Positions 30,301 to 37,164 of a stretch of 64,000 nucleotides of DNA are shown here, in pieces; position 1 is the first letter of the stretch, and every line of letters starts with the position of its first letter. The DNA is taken from the NCBI GenBank assembly GCA_905178155.1, contig CAJINV010000007.1:154663-218662 (forward strand), given 5' to 3'. The position numbers and the translations under genes are program-made. Source of the stretch: Amoebophrya sp. A120 (lineage: Eukaryota; Protista; Dinoflagellata). The notes below the pieces were generated by a model. That model ran no database searches. It was not told the DNA's origin and saw only the letters and a program-made list of their open reading frames with translations.

Positions 30301-32995
30301 TCCCATTTCGACTTTTCCTCCTGCAGCTTCGCCTCCGCTTATCCAAGAAAAAAACTGTGTTAGTGTAAGTCTTTTGGAAAAACAGCATCACAAGTTTGTC
30401 TGCCATGACAGGAAAAGCTTGTTATGCGCAGATAGAAACGGAAAACACATGGGAAGCCAGCCGATCATGCACGTCGAGCATGACAAGTGTGACTGTTTTG
30501 CATTTTCTGCATCACAAATTCACACTTACACAGTTTTTTTCTTGCATACCGCTTGCCGAACGTTCATTCGGTCCTTTTCCAAGCCTGCGTATTCATTTTC
30601 CTTCGCGGCGAGTTGCTCTATCCTGTGCAAAAGTACCGCACTCGTAGTAATTGCAATCATGCATTACAAATCTCTCTCTTAAGGCGAATCAGCATTACAA
30701 ATTTTCTTTCTCATGCTAAGCAAATTTGTCATGCGATTACTATCTATTATATTCATGCGAAAATATGGGTTTGTAGAGGGTAGACGAGAGGTGGCCGGGA
30801 GGTAAAACAGAGGTCAAAAGAGGTCAAAAAGAGGTCGACAGAGGTGGAGAGGTGGCGCGGGAGGCAGTTCGAGAGGGTGCGCGAGAGGTGGCGCGGGTAT
30901 AGCCCGCCGAACCGCTCGCCCTTTAGGGCCGCTAAGCGCCTCGGAGGGTGCCGAGAGGAAAAAAAGAGGGCAAGCGAGAGGGGGACAGAGGTGCCGAGAG
31001 GTTGCGCGAATAAGGGGAGACCTCTCGCGCACCCTCTGGGCCACCTCTCGACCACCTCTGTCGACCTCTAACCGCGAGTATAGCCGGATTATTAGCAACA
31101 CCTCTCGGAAGAGGTGAAAAAGAGGGTCTGCGAGAGGGGTAAAAAAACCCGAATCCGCCCGAGGCAGGGCTGTTTTTTTGCGGCCTTTTCAAGCATAGGC
31201 CCGAACCCTCTCGCGCCACCGTCTCGCGCACCCTCTCGCGCCAATCTCTCGCGTCGGGCGGCTTCTGTTCGCCCCCGGTGTTCTTTGCAGCTGCCCCCTG
31301 CGCAGAGCGCCCGCAGGCGCGGGAAGCGCGCAAGCGGTCCTGCGGGTTGGCGCGGCGCAAACAGGCGGCCGGACCCGGCACCCAGTGTGCTTCGTCGTGC
31401 ATTATATTGGGCCCGTGGCATTGTGGCCCGATTCGCAAATAGTCCTGCCCCGCCCCAACAGCCTTGCGCCCCGGCGTCAGCCGGGGCATGGCTGGTTTAT
31501 ACTAGTACGATACTTTTGCGTTGCATATGCTCCAGCCTCCGCTGATGAAACTCCGTCTGCGCCTTCAGATCCTTCCGCAGCTGATACAGATGGACTCTTT
31601 CCCTTTCGTAGCAGGCCGCGGCGCCGCACGTGCAGATATGAAGTGCAAAAGCATCGCACTCGTATAAATGCAATACAAATCCCCCAGCATGAGAAATGGA
31701 ATTTGTCATGCTAATTGACCTTAGGAAAAAGATTTGTATTGCATAAACTGCAATTACTACGAGTACGCTGCTTTTGCACAGGATAGCAGACGATGGTGGA
31801 CGAATTCCAGTTCCGCACGACCCCGTGCTTTATCAATTGCAAATATCTCCAGGTCTGGAACCTTGTGATGCTAGGCGGCGATTTGTGAACATAGACCTGA
31901 ATGCAGACTACCATGACAAATTCTGAGGACGCATTTTTCCGGATGCGTAGTGCGCATGGCAAACTGTGCTTTTGCTTGACAAGCCAGCGCTCGTTCTTCT
32001 CTTTGATCTCGGTCATGCAATACAGATTTTACAGAAATCCAGGACACGCAATACAGGTTGCACTTGTCCAGACGCAGACATATTTGCACTGTGGATATGC
32101 TTCAACGGGATTTGGTTCTGCGAATTATTCAGATTCTGCTGCTGCGACAGGTTCAGCAAGTTCTGCTGCGAGGTGTTCAAATGACTAACAGTACTATCCG
32201 CGTTTATGCCTTGTCCTGCATTCGCCGGCTGCGACCCCGTGCTGATGCAGCTGAGGTTTAGCAACTCCGGACGGGAATGCTGAGAATTCGAATGGTTGGA
32301 TTCGAAACTGTTGATCATCAGATCATTATCTGCTCGTTGGAACAAATGTTGATCACGAGATTTTTTGTCCTGAAAGTGTTGGTTGTTCTTGCCGGGTATG
32401 CTGTGCAAAAGTATCGTACTAGTAAAAATCGCATGACAGATTTCCTTAGCATGAGAAATGAAACTTGTGATGCTGATTTAACTTGACAAAAAAATTTGTG
32501 ATGCATAAATGCGATTAGTACGAGTACGATACTTTTGCAGTGCATACCTGGGTCGTTGTTGTACACGTGGACATGCGTGCGGGAGTCACTGAAGGAAGAG
32601 TTGGAATTGTTCAACAAAATCTGCGGATCGTGGCGGTGCCTCGTCGTCTGTTGATTCTGCGTTTTCATAGTACTCATCGGGTTCGGAATCCTAGACGTCG
32701 AACTAGAAGCAGCGCTGCTTCCCGTAATCAGGACGGGGGAAACGTGCTGGGTCGTAGTTCTGGTGGAAATATTACCGCCCCCGGCTTGCTGCCTAGGACT
32801 TGGCCCATGCAGGACAACAACCGCGGGATTCGTGCCGACCGCGGGTTGTGGTGCAGACCTTTCGGTTGGCGCGAAGGGGGTGTTGAATGCGGCAGATGAA
32901 GTTGTAGATGAGCCGTTCGGTGTTCGTTCCACCTGCTGCTGCTGCTGCACGGCGGCACCCCGCGCGTGCGCGGGAGAGAGTGCCTGTTCAGGCAT
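341..32995 (-). CDS. Giant coiled-coil protein (E/Q/K/L-rich; S/T/N/Q-rich N-terminus), ~2,975 aa after removing 43 introns
   Basis: ATG at 32995 (MPEQALSP...). Exons join in frame when each TAT..ATA element plus one 5-bp DR is removed (e.g. NQA|SQQERLETLKS|DMELQ; IPLKH|GVVRNWNSSTIVC|TCGAAAC). Hand sum: 32655 bp span - 23727 bp introns = 8928 bp = 2976 codons ending in TGA at 341-343. The end may instead use a GTAAG..CAAG intron (173-363) with a last exon to 141. Confidence 0.85.
500..660. mobile_element. Introner, family B
   Basis: TAT..ATA; TIR core TGCAAAAGTATCGCACTCGT; DR TCCGA/TCCGA. Confidence 0.9.
700..955. mobile_element. Introner, family A
   Basis: TIR core TGCAAA..TGTCTGGGTCTGGAA; DR ACGCC/ACGCC. 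Confidence 0.9.
1534..1677. mobile_element. Introner, family B
   Basis: TAT..ATA; DR ACCAC/GCCGC. Confidence 0.85.
2103..2314. mobile_element. Introner, family C
   Basis: TIR core GAAAAAAGTGTT..GTTAC; DR GGTGC/GGTGC. Confidence 0.9.
2386..2611. mobile_element. Introner, family D
   Basis: TIR TATGACAGTGCACAACTCC; DR TCTCA/TCTCA. Confidence 0.9.
2717..2973. mobile_element. Introner, family A
   Basis: DR GTCGA/GTCGA. Confidence 0.9.
3036..3175. mobile_element. Introner, family B
   Basis: DR TCTTT/TCTTT. Confidence 0.9.
3260..3479. mobile_element. Introner, family D
   Basis: DR TCCCA/TCCAA. Confidence 0.9.
3838..4170. mobile_element. Introner, family E
   Basis: TIR core GAAAAATCC..CTCCC(C)ATATC; DR CATGC/CATGC. 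Confidence 0.9.
4850..5054. mobile_element. Introner, family C-related
   Basis: TIR TATYCAAGAAAAAAAC..CATCACA; DR CTTCC/CTTCC. Confidence 0.88.
5122..5298. mobile_element. Introner, family F
   Basis: TIR core AGAAAAA..GGCAGG; DR TGCTC/AGCTC. Confidence 0.85.
5631..5772. mobile_element. Introner, family B
   Basis: DR TCCAG/TCCAG. Confidence 0.9.
6036..6187. mobile_element. Introner, family B
   Basis: DR AGTTT/AGTTT. Confidence 0.88.
6427..6687. mobile_element. Introner, family G
   Basis: ~44-bp TIR TATRACCCGCTCAGRTGTTACAATCTCAAACGTTACAATAGAAT; DR TCTAG/TCGAG. Confidence 0.9.
6788..7053. mobile_element. Introner, family A
   Basis: DR CCGCT/CCGCT. Confidence 0.9.
7266..7516. mobile_element. 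Introner, family A
   Basis: DR ATCAA/ATCAA. Confidence 0.9.
7570..8572. mobile_element. Introner, family B, carrying a Helitron-like insert
   Basis: B-type TIRs at both ends; DR TTTTT/CTTTT. Confidence 0.88.
7602..8454 (-). mobile_element. Non-autonomous Helitron-like element, copy 1 (inside family-B introner)
   Basis: Minus strand 5'-TTACTAT..., 3' hairpin GCTCCGGC-N4-GCCGGAGC then ATGGCTGG (CTRR); inserted at A|T with no duplication; internal GAGAGGGTGGCGC minisatellite. Confidence 0.75.
8839..8997. mobile_element. Introner, family B (opposite orientation to 500-660)
   Basis: DR GTTCT/GTTCT. Confidence 0.9.
9204..9439. mobile_element. Introner, family G-related
   Basis: TIR core TTCTCAAACGTTACATTCTCAACTGTTACATG; DR CTCGT/CTCGT. 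Confidence 0.9.
9482..9754. mobile_element. Introner, family A
   Basis: DR ACCTG/ACCTC; right TIR degenerate. Confidence 0.87.
10255..10533. mobile_element. Introner, family H
   Basis: TIR core AAACGWCCCCAC; DR TGCGT/TGCGT. Confidence 0.9.
10595..10839. mobile_element. Introner, family A
   Basis: DR AGTCA/AGTCA. Confidence 0.9.
12364..17550 (-). CDS. Retrotransposon ORF2: APE C-terminal part plus non-LTR reverse transcriptase
   Basis: SKIDFL and ADHLAL (APE C-term); AAGMDGI, GLDASNFYNSL, LIQGS, QFVDDG, PQKCE, IKILG (RT motifs). Confidence 0.88.
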   Translation of the reverse strand: MEPGGPTCYRSARNPSKIDFLAVAPIRSRIITKQIQRVQIPKDPTVRRVLEFEEGMNPYDEADHLALMATIMWTEQEAEEEVATTYRATEQDPQELHFNAKYALMQPSPEFMRRSIEIIKGKNRLEEENPFEETVRWPRGSIKTEELQEKMEASAINAEEIKDIRSYRKWVTSTMKETGMIKEKKKPVPKLAETIRRRRIREREKKGKGKAQGHSVRKGEGKNSEEPEDAGKERKGKGRKAHQGDEEKKEEARSEEEKKLAKEWMEAHSCMLEETKDKPESIHDYARRAKEMALGKGRGKPVEGEISEMTVAGRQVSGAENCTRELAGNHISKVGAIMEENGKSHAFSGSTLRDAYQSLTEACKKVAPLRVTATQLKKHIKRLNAQAAGMDGIRFQAYKTLSGEQLRILAQVCSKFLEELAESPTTPRDVEKFLDKSLTAVKVEMLKKQTAASTACEKIRTVIQGTAVARFLMSYLTCQMVRISDKSNGFARCGAASKPGASCQATVVQLLETLHSEEIQKTMDSAEKEDGEPGDLLSKLEKAGENWMGEEIQEKGEAPEEEGEGGTSPITAPDTEQEEEAKRRKGEEEEEKRREEEEARKWISVIIGLDASNFYNSLTLCTALRAYRRSGVRPCYLKLVAAINWNKEVWLRNGHTYAKAKNHHDLIQGSVECMLAGTLVFMPGVEAVQEYLEEVFDETGRVKGDKELQAARTNLREKIKDNFGTRKETETDTSFPPYVVENETDEIYKTEQPPRTGRRRRRVLKRKRKNKQKYEWVGEQNTAEGKKKQPQTLAVQFVDDGALALTYHEEDHGKVLKILEEIAIAYEITYTREGQFLAPQKCELTSSDREEKRRKEVRKAFRPFGIRFNERKTIKILGTTITTLGAEQRRKLIKGQVKQSIGIGQRLSLQVMKARKKINGEELKWVIQVFFTSAMIYFLPVMQMFFTDKDWAELMGELAVVIAEAIGFTEKTLQKIMKITKTTPETLYRVVYSYNVLSAVDPFLMGIKTLRSLAQKNMLTDIGLFMKWATLPVRILGEGEQGITKGIKEMMEKRNVADIALLEAMGKGTSIRMPAVSDLRATGIVQDNSRTYENSWPKDGELVKVIAADELGLTVVTRRRIVSGRTTGRASWEKRIYKTEQKHLETEEREQEQRFLAYVSNSLRILEDLQKEEAEGIAVKLVDYDVLRSATAGQLRAEHGICLELTEKIEELHQQNEERVEKKHKIEKEEAQRRLRFQGHSGTVGICIDKGGLEVKEEERRVGEGVEIVTSKTLRAIDVSEMDRGSLIWPIYDFGEGALGLPDVEAWPEMTRTERQDFIIGALCPEELKKIEEPEDIKENSDIRGILKEWQDEQESEEEAHLVERKKVKQADEDLMGKLLENAARMIKEEEEDAQNRNDTRENSIRDTEKGTALQSLSLSIVERKEKKILPGELRDYNWEGEEVDGTGQEDKEEARGVDKVGAQRAQGGVGEWKEKKTRQKVTAEGDGPAKQGTTTKEEKWGERKESEEGRGKKETKKSRHEGSAQRSRFSAVQPKARASLESKGISIGITRSSAGKEAKVTGGNEKPATQRKSKQAEAKSTKQKTEAKELAEPVRAEVDPLTSKAPYSLEFSKGGHKKYSKEAGASQDQRASSAAGQRGRASNSENVRRRKSAEGERTESKKREAEGEDTTQRKRQKSKQHGDNKQEAAEEEETLAQTMQRIISEPLQMGAGGRAGGRLQATQDLYG
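17602..18627 (-). CDS. Retrotransposon APE-type endonuclease N-terminal part (same frame as the RT ORF, separated by one TAA)
   Basis: LYWNVNG, ISETK, ITGDLN motifs; reads ...VVV*EEAHLPLQNYVNEVALTMEPGG in frame into the RT ORF. Confidence 0.85.
   Translation of the reverse strand: MRRALLLVCCMLKESIPAQPKLQRREDQAGQREDKDRQKNSRSSTSKKSRRMAEEISGEGEGVRKPKKFKDPRWLEKLEERRSEENKRGAAKDVEEKCGNIIEFLPPEEEGAACDVDVDGLKLIKHLYWNVNGVGRANAIRLAVAISALEASEASISETKMAAVPAKVAVFEHVKDALAWLYQKMKLKGRRIYMAIATDLRRIAVELRSGGTAILEVEKPLRMPEYRMSIVVLAQEQEGEHLTRDIGKKEAMLMWATGAINEAGRLVVSLYRRESKVEDTEAARKFIRGQMAKLLAKIREMMGRAKIGIITGDLNCEYEVTKEEKMKLRKDKNNTPISVVV
18958..20112 (-). CDS. Retrotransposon-internal K/R/E-rich ORF, function unknown
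   Basis: 384-aa ORF with the same purine-rich sense-strand bias as the rest of the element. Confidence 0.5.
   Translation of the reverse strand: MKIRSRPLVGKMGEGKGKHGNIEELTRWRKSATAGESKDEDAERARQDKEGGKGKGKGKEMNEGKTRKTVGQMLRERIKNPPRILFKADPTMELRSLIKAKKIKKSKRSKKIATKPRGATAIAEEKDSKWLKRIPLQDEGGKGLTWEERRKRATKLRVRTTALMIRLNRKKATETEETNREFESCPVRLGKREKGIVKLPPMGRKQWKIHIGDYRRRWAKKRKEKGLEIPKAKKEERREQNDGHTEHKKAMQSREAYEEWQGKAMALAETKSWSAGALYLVSYDQRLEHDRKVQEEQAARAQQKRKESLAEMSEEEKTEREKKEMKYRETANENRRRKKEEMRKIETKEEEEERKRIGREKMANWRARKKKEREQLDDKTRETA
20416..21628 (-). CDS. Retrotransposon ORF1-like protein, N-terminally truncated
   Basis: G/K/Q/W-rich ORF with KGKG-type motifs; the first codons in the ORF track come from the host introner. 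Confidence 0.55.
21863..23864. mobile_element. Degenerate TAT..ATA intron containing the 133-bp array
   Basis: TAT..ATA ends with weak TIR similarity; DR absent (CTGAC/TTTTT), but removing element plus 5 bp keeps the frame. Confidence 0.6.
22020..23670. repeat. Tandem array, 133-bp unit, ~12-13 copies, inside an intron
   Basis: GCAGCCCAAA recurs at 22313, 22446, 22579, 22712, 22845, 22978 ... 23510; central copies look identical, edge copies diverged. Confidence 0.95.
24313..24572. mobile_element. Introner, family A
   Basis: DR GCGTC/GCGTC. Confidence 0.9.
24620..24917. mobile_element. Introner, family H
   Basis: DR GCTGC/GCTGC. Confidence 0.9.
25023..25287. mobile_element. Introner, family A
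   Basis: DR CTTCA/CTTCA. Confidence 0.9.
25493..25745. mobile_element. Introner, family A
   Basis: DR CCTGC/CCTGC. Confidence 0.9.
25783..25981 (-). other. Family-A introner relic with one TIR lost, now bounded by GT..AG
   Basis: AAG|GTATAC...AATCAG|GCC gives ERKK|ADLDLEL in frame; one A-type TIR remains at ~25945-25980. Confidence 0.72.
26166..26436. mobile_element. Introner, family A
   Basis: DR TGTCT/TGTCT. Confidence 0.9.
26521..26773. mobile_element. Introner, family A
   Basis: DR TGTCA/TGTCA. Confidence 0.9.
26854..27007. mobile_element. Introner, family B, left terminus CGT instead of TAT
   Basis: DR CTGCG/CTGCG, extendable to 10-bp CTGCGCGTCC. Confidence 0.85.
27151..27413. mobile_element. 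Introner, family A
   Basis: DR CATCT/CATCT. Confidence 0.9.
28827..28975. mobile_element. Introner, family B
   Basis: DR TGTTC/TGTTC. Confidence 0.9.
29033..29321. mobile_element. Introner, family H
   Basis: DR CTTCT/CTTGT. Confidence 0.88.
29402..29590. mobile_element. Introner, diverged family B
   Basis: DR TGCTC/TGTCC. Confidence 0.8.
29634..29928. mobile_element. Introner, family H
   Basis: DR AGCAC/AACAT. Confidence 0.85.
29996..30260. mobile_element. Introner, family A
   Basis: DR TAGTT/TAGTT. Confidence 0.9.
30340..30548. mobile_element. Introner, family C
   Basis: TIR core CAAGAAAAAAACTGTGT.AGTGT; DR CCGCT/CCGCT. Confidence 0.9.
30619..31527. mobile_element. Introner, family B, carrying a Helitron-like insert (inverted relative to 7570-8572)
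   Basis: DR TGCTC/TGCTC. Confidence 0.9.
30737..31495 (+). mobile_element. Non-autonomous Helitron-like element, copy 2 (inside family-B introner)
   Basis: 5'-TTACTATCTATTATATTCATGCG; 3' hairpin GCCCCGGC-GTCA-GCCGGGGC plus ATGGCTGG; A|T insertion. Confidence 0.75.
31637..31785. mobile_element. Introner, family B
   Basis: DR GCAGA/GCAGA. Confidence 0.9.
31831..32097. mobile_element. Introner, diverged family A
   Basis: DR TGCTT/TGCTT. Confidence 0.87.
32397..32546. mobile_element. Introner, family B
   Basis: DR CCGGG/CCTGG. Confidence 0.88.
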
Positions 32996-34291
32996 AGTGG
33001 CCACCTAGTCTTCTTGTTCCTTCGGCTTTTGATGTCTATTACCAAGACTTGGCCTGGTTCATCTTATTCTGTCGCTGCACCACTTTTCGTGAAGATCATA
33101 TCCAAATAAAACTTCACCGTTTCATCTTCTGATTCGTCGAAGATAAGAAGCCGAGGTCAAAGCGGCTCGGACACCTAGCCCTCGTCATGGTGCGTTCGTC
33201 GAGCAGCTAACGCTAACAAGTGGCCAGCTTTCACAAATTATACCTTGCAACTACCGGCTAGAGAAATAGTTGTGATTCATGGTGGAGGTGGTCTTTTGGC
33301 ATATTGGCGAAGAAAGACATCAACACGAACTGTTATAATAAGTACTGTTCTCGGTTCTGCTCCGAGCAGCTTGCTTTGCAAAAAGCCCTCGTGCTGCAGT
33401 CGAGAGCTGCTCCTAGTGCACAACTTCCGATCGAAATCGATCTGGTGAGGAGCGGTACGAGTACGAGATATAACGTTTGCCTAAAAAGGAAATGTAAAAC
33501 TTTTGAGTGGGGCGGCGAACCTCCTTCTTCATCGACCGAGGTCGAAAGTTAATTGTTCACAGAACAATCACAATCAAGAACAAAACGACGACACCAGGAG
33601 TAGACCTAGACATCGAGCACAAATAACGTAAACGAAAAAATAAAATCTACGCACCATAATTTCTTGTGACTTTTTTTGCGTATTTTAATTAATTTTGATT
33701 TTGTTCTCTCGAAAACCAACGAACGAAATTTGTGCGACGAAACCGCAGGAAGTAGGCAACTTTGAAACGTCACAGACACAGTCTGTGCTGTTCTCTCGCG
33801 AAATAATTCGAAGAGGATGTCGAAAAGCTGAACAGCGAGAACTCTGCCGGAAAGTAAGAGGAAAATCATGGTTGCAGCGATGCTGGTACGGCGTGAACGG
33901 CCGTGTCTTTCTGTGAGTTAGCTTTTGTACGTATACAGAATCCAAATAACGGACTCCTGTGCTGTTCTTCGCGCGTTCTCTTTTTATCGTAGGACAAAGA
34001 GTGCGGGTAATAGCTTTTTACGCCTCTCTTTCTAAGAGCTGCTTGCAGTAAAGAATGCCTCGTGTAAGTAGCTCTCTTGCATGCCGATCGGTGCGCCGGC
34101 CATGGGGTAGTGCTAGCGGTAAAATCTAAATCAGAATTCACTGATACATAATGTACAAACGGGGGCAGAATGCATTAGGCCCTGCGAAGATTGATGCAGT
34201 ACTGATGAAGTGCAGAAGTAGATACTTTTTACAACAGTGGCGCATGTATTCAACCGCGCCTCTTCATGCAAGGCTCTTATTTAGCTTTAAC

Positions 34292-35623
34292 TCACTGTTT
34301 CTTTCTTATGCCCCTCTTACTTTTGGTCGTGCCGCTGCCTCCCGGGGGTACTACAGGATCGGGAGGTATATTTTTCGACGCCGCGGGGTCAATTCCCTCG
34401 GGTAGAACCTTCCCTGGTGAAAATGCGCTCGTCCTTGTACTTCCATCAGTGGAAAAATTATGAAGATTATGCCCGCTTGCGCTTGGTAGAGCAGGTGATA
34501 GTGATTTTATTCCCACAGCGCCACCGACCTCCGTGTCATTGTCGTTCCTAAAAAAGAACTCGGACTTTTCAGCGTCTCTTTCCTTCATCTGTGTGTTTTG
34601 CTTCTGTTCTTCTGGCGTCTGAGTTATGCTTTCCGTCGTGGGCGGGGGCGTTGCGATAATGACTCGTTCTACTATAGGAGCAGTGGTTCCTACTTTTGCA
34701 GCCGCCTCTGGTGTTGTTCCACTGCTAGTACCGTCAAGATCTTGATGACCTGGAGCTGCTGGCGAGGGGGGCGCACGAGAAACTGTTAAAGGTGGATCCG
34801 CAGTACCTCCTCCCGCGCTCTTGCCCGACTGCTGGCCCACAGCGACCCGGGGCGTCACGAGTGACATTTTTTTCGGTACAACAACGGTGGAAGATGTTGC
34901 TCTATTGTTCGCCCCATAGCTGCTGGAAACAGCTCCACCACCACCACCTCCCGTCAGATCCATCACGAGCACTCCTTGCTGCGACCTATACCCATGTTCC
35001 CGCAGTAGCTTTTGTCTTCCCTCGAGTTGCCTTTCCAAGCTCTCGATCGCGTTTATCATCTTCTTGTCGTGCGACCTCGACGCACCAGGTGTTGCTGTGC
35101 CTTTCATCTCCTGCTGATCCGCTATCTTTCCCTCCGACGTCCTGCTCTCAAAGTACTCCTCTGCACGGCCTGCTCTTGCGAAGACATTTAGTACTCTTTC
35201 CTTCTCCCGCAGCTCCGCCAACACCCGGATTTTTCTCGCCGCGTGCGCCTTCTGCTCGTTTTCGTTCCAATTGTAAACCGCGAGGTTGTAGTAGTCGTCT
35301 GCGATTCGGACATCGTAGTAGTATTCCTCTTCCATCGCCTCTAAGAAGGAGTTTCGGTACACGTGCAGCGGGTGGAGCGGAGAATTGTCTTTTTCCTCCT
35401 TGTATCCTGTGCAAAAGTAATATCGCACTCGTAGCAATTGCAGTCATGCAAGACAAATTCCTTGTCTTTTTCAAGCTCTTAACTCAGCATGACGAATTCC
35501 ATTTGGCATGCTGAGCTAATTTGTATTGCAGGACCACGAATACGATAGCGATACTTTTCCAATGCATATCTTGCACAGACCGCACCAACCGAGCCCGGCG
35601 AAGGAGAAGTAGGCGAGGGACAT
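34292..35623 (-). CDS. Hypothetical protein with Cys-containing N-terminus (MSLAYFSFAGLGWCGLCKEEKD...) and low-complexity C-terminal half; one introner intron
   Basis: Exon 1 (35569-35623) joins the 381-aa ORF frame after removing 35403-35568 plus one DR. Confidence 0.7.
35403..35568. mobile_element. Introner, family B
   Basis: DR CCTTG/TCTTG. Confidence 0.85.
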
Positions 35624-37164
35624 GATGGTGGGCCGCGGGTACTAGAATTAAACTGACTTCCAAACAGACAGGGGAAAAGCTACAGCTACGTCACAGCGAG
35701 AAGCAGTGGCAGATGTTGAACCACTTCTGCAAACACCAAACAAGATATCATCATGACCCCAAGGCTTACCCTCGGAGGCGAGGCTTTCTTTACGAGTGCC
35801 AGTGAAGACATAGCAACACCACGTCTAGCATGATAATAATTACTCGCGACTAGAAGTGAAGAAAAATCTTCGATACTCCGTCGTAGGCGAGAATGGCATG
35901 TCTAAAATGTGGTCTTTATAATTACAGCTGTGTGAAGTTCTGCAAAAAGAGCGGAATTCCAACATTTATGCAAGAATAGAAGATTTCATCTGAATACGAG
36001 ATGAATATAGATCTGGTTCCATGAGGGAGGTTCTGCGAACGACAGTGTTGGAAGAGCATTTATATCAAAATGACATATAGTGTACTGATTTGATTAGTAC
36101 TGTCGTGTCCCATACAGTACGAGTACGACGTTTTTGGTAGACCGCGGGCGGTAAGTTCATCTCGGTACACACTACATAATGACCGATATCTATGCCAAGA
36201 ACCGAAAAGTAAATCAAAAACGGAGCATCGACGCGTCTCTTTTCCATGGGTATGACTATGAGTACTGGTCGCACCTTAAATTCATGAGCTCGACCGATTT
36301 TGTTTTTCCGTGCGATGAATGCAACGGCACGATACCTCCACGAGGGGTAACTTGGTCAATGTTTTCCCGAAATGCGAGTAAGTACCCGTTGGCATGGTGC
36401 TCCAGGTGAGTTAATTTGCTACCTGGACACCTAGTGCTTGCGTTTCTTGAGTTTGCCTTTTTGCTTTCTGGATTGAATCTAAAAAATTCCGCCTGATGTG
36501 TGACGCACTGGTTTTTGGGAATGATTTTTCTGAAAAACGCATGCTTGTTGGGAAATGATATGGTGCTGTAATCATATGTGACGGACTTTTTTATTTTCTT
36601 AATCTGCTCATGCTAGAAATCAATGATTTGGTCCGTGCGATTTCTCTGTATCATAGTGAGAATGGGAAGTCCAAGAGGACCGTGTCTTCGAAAAATAAAA
36701 AAGAATGAGTAGCGACAAAGCGCTAGAAAACACAAACAGCTTCTTATTGCGTACACGTACAACTACAATGGCAACAGTTCCGACCTGAAAAGTACTATCG
36801 TAGTCCATCGCCACATGGCAAAAAAATCAAGATGAGGTGTGGAAAAATCACCTAAGCTTTATAATTGGACTAGAGGCTGTATGGAAACTGGTATATCAGT
36901 CTGACGCATTTCTTCGGAAATATGACGTAGCCTCTCACATATGCTTTGCAAAAGTGTTGGAAACCCAAACCGGATTCTTCCACACTATCTTCTACCTGTG
37001 AGAGTTGGCCGTCCCACGCAAGTAGATCTTCACAAGTTCGAAAAATAGCTTCGGTTTATCTTTATCTATGGGTACTGGAAAACAAATATAAATGAGAAAA
37101 GGAAATAATTTATTATGTCCTTCATGATCATGCTCAGGCGGTACTGCGAATAGGCGCCTTTTCA

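Noticed and set aside
36179-36409. Small plus-strand ORF with CxxC (CDECNGTIP)
   Set aside because: Too short, opposite to all other genes, and without further support.
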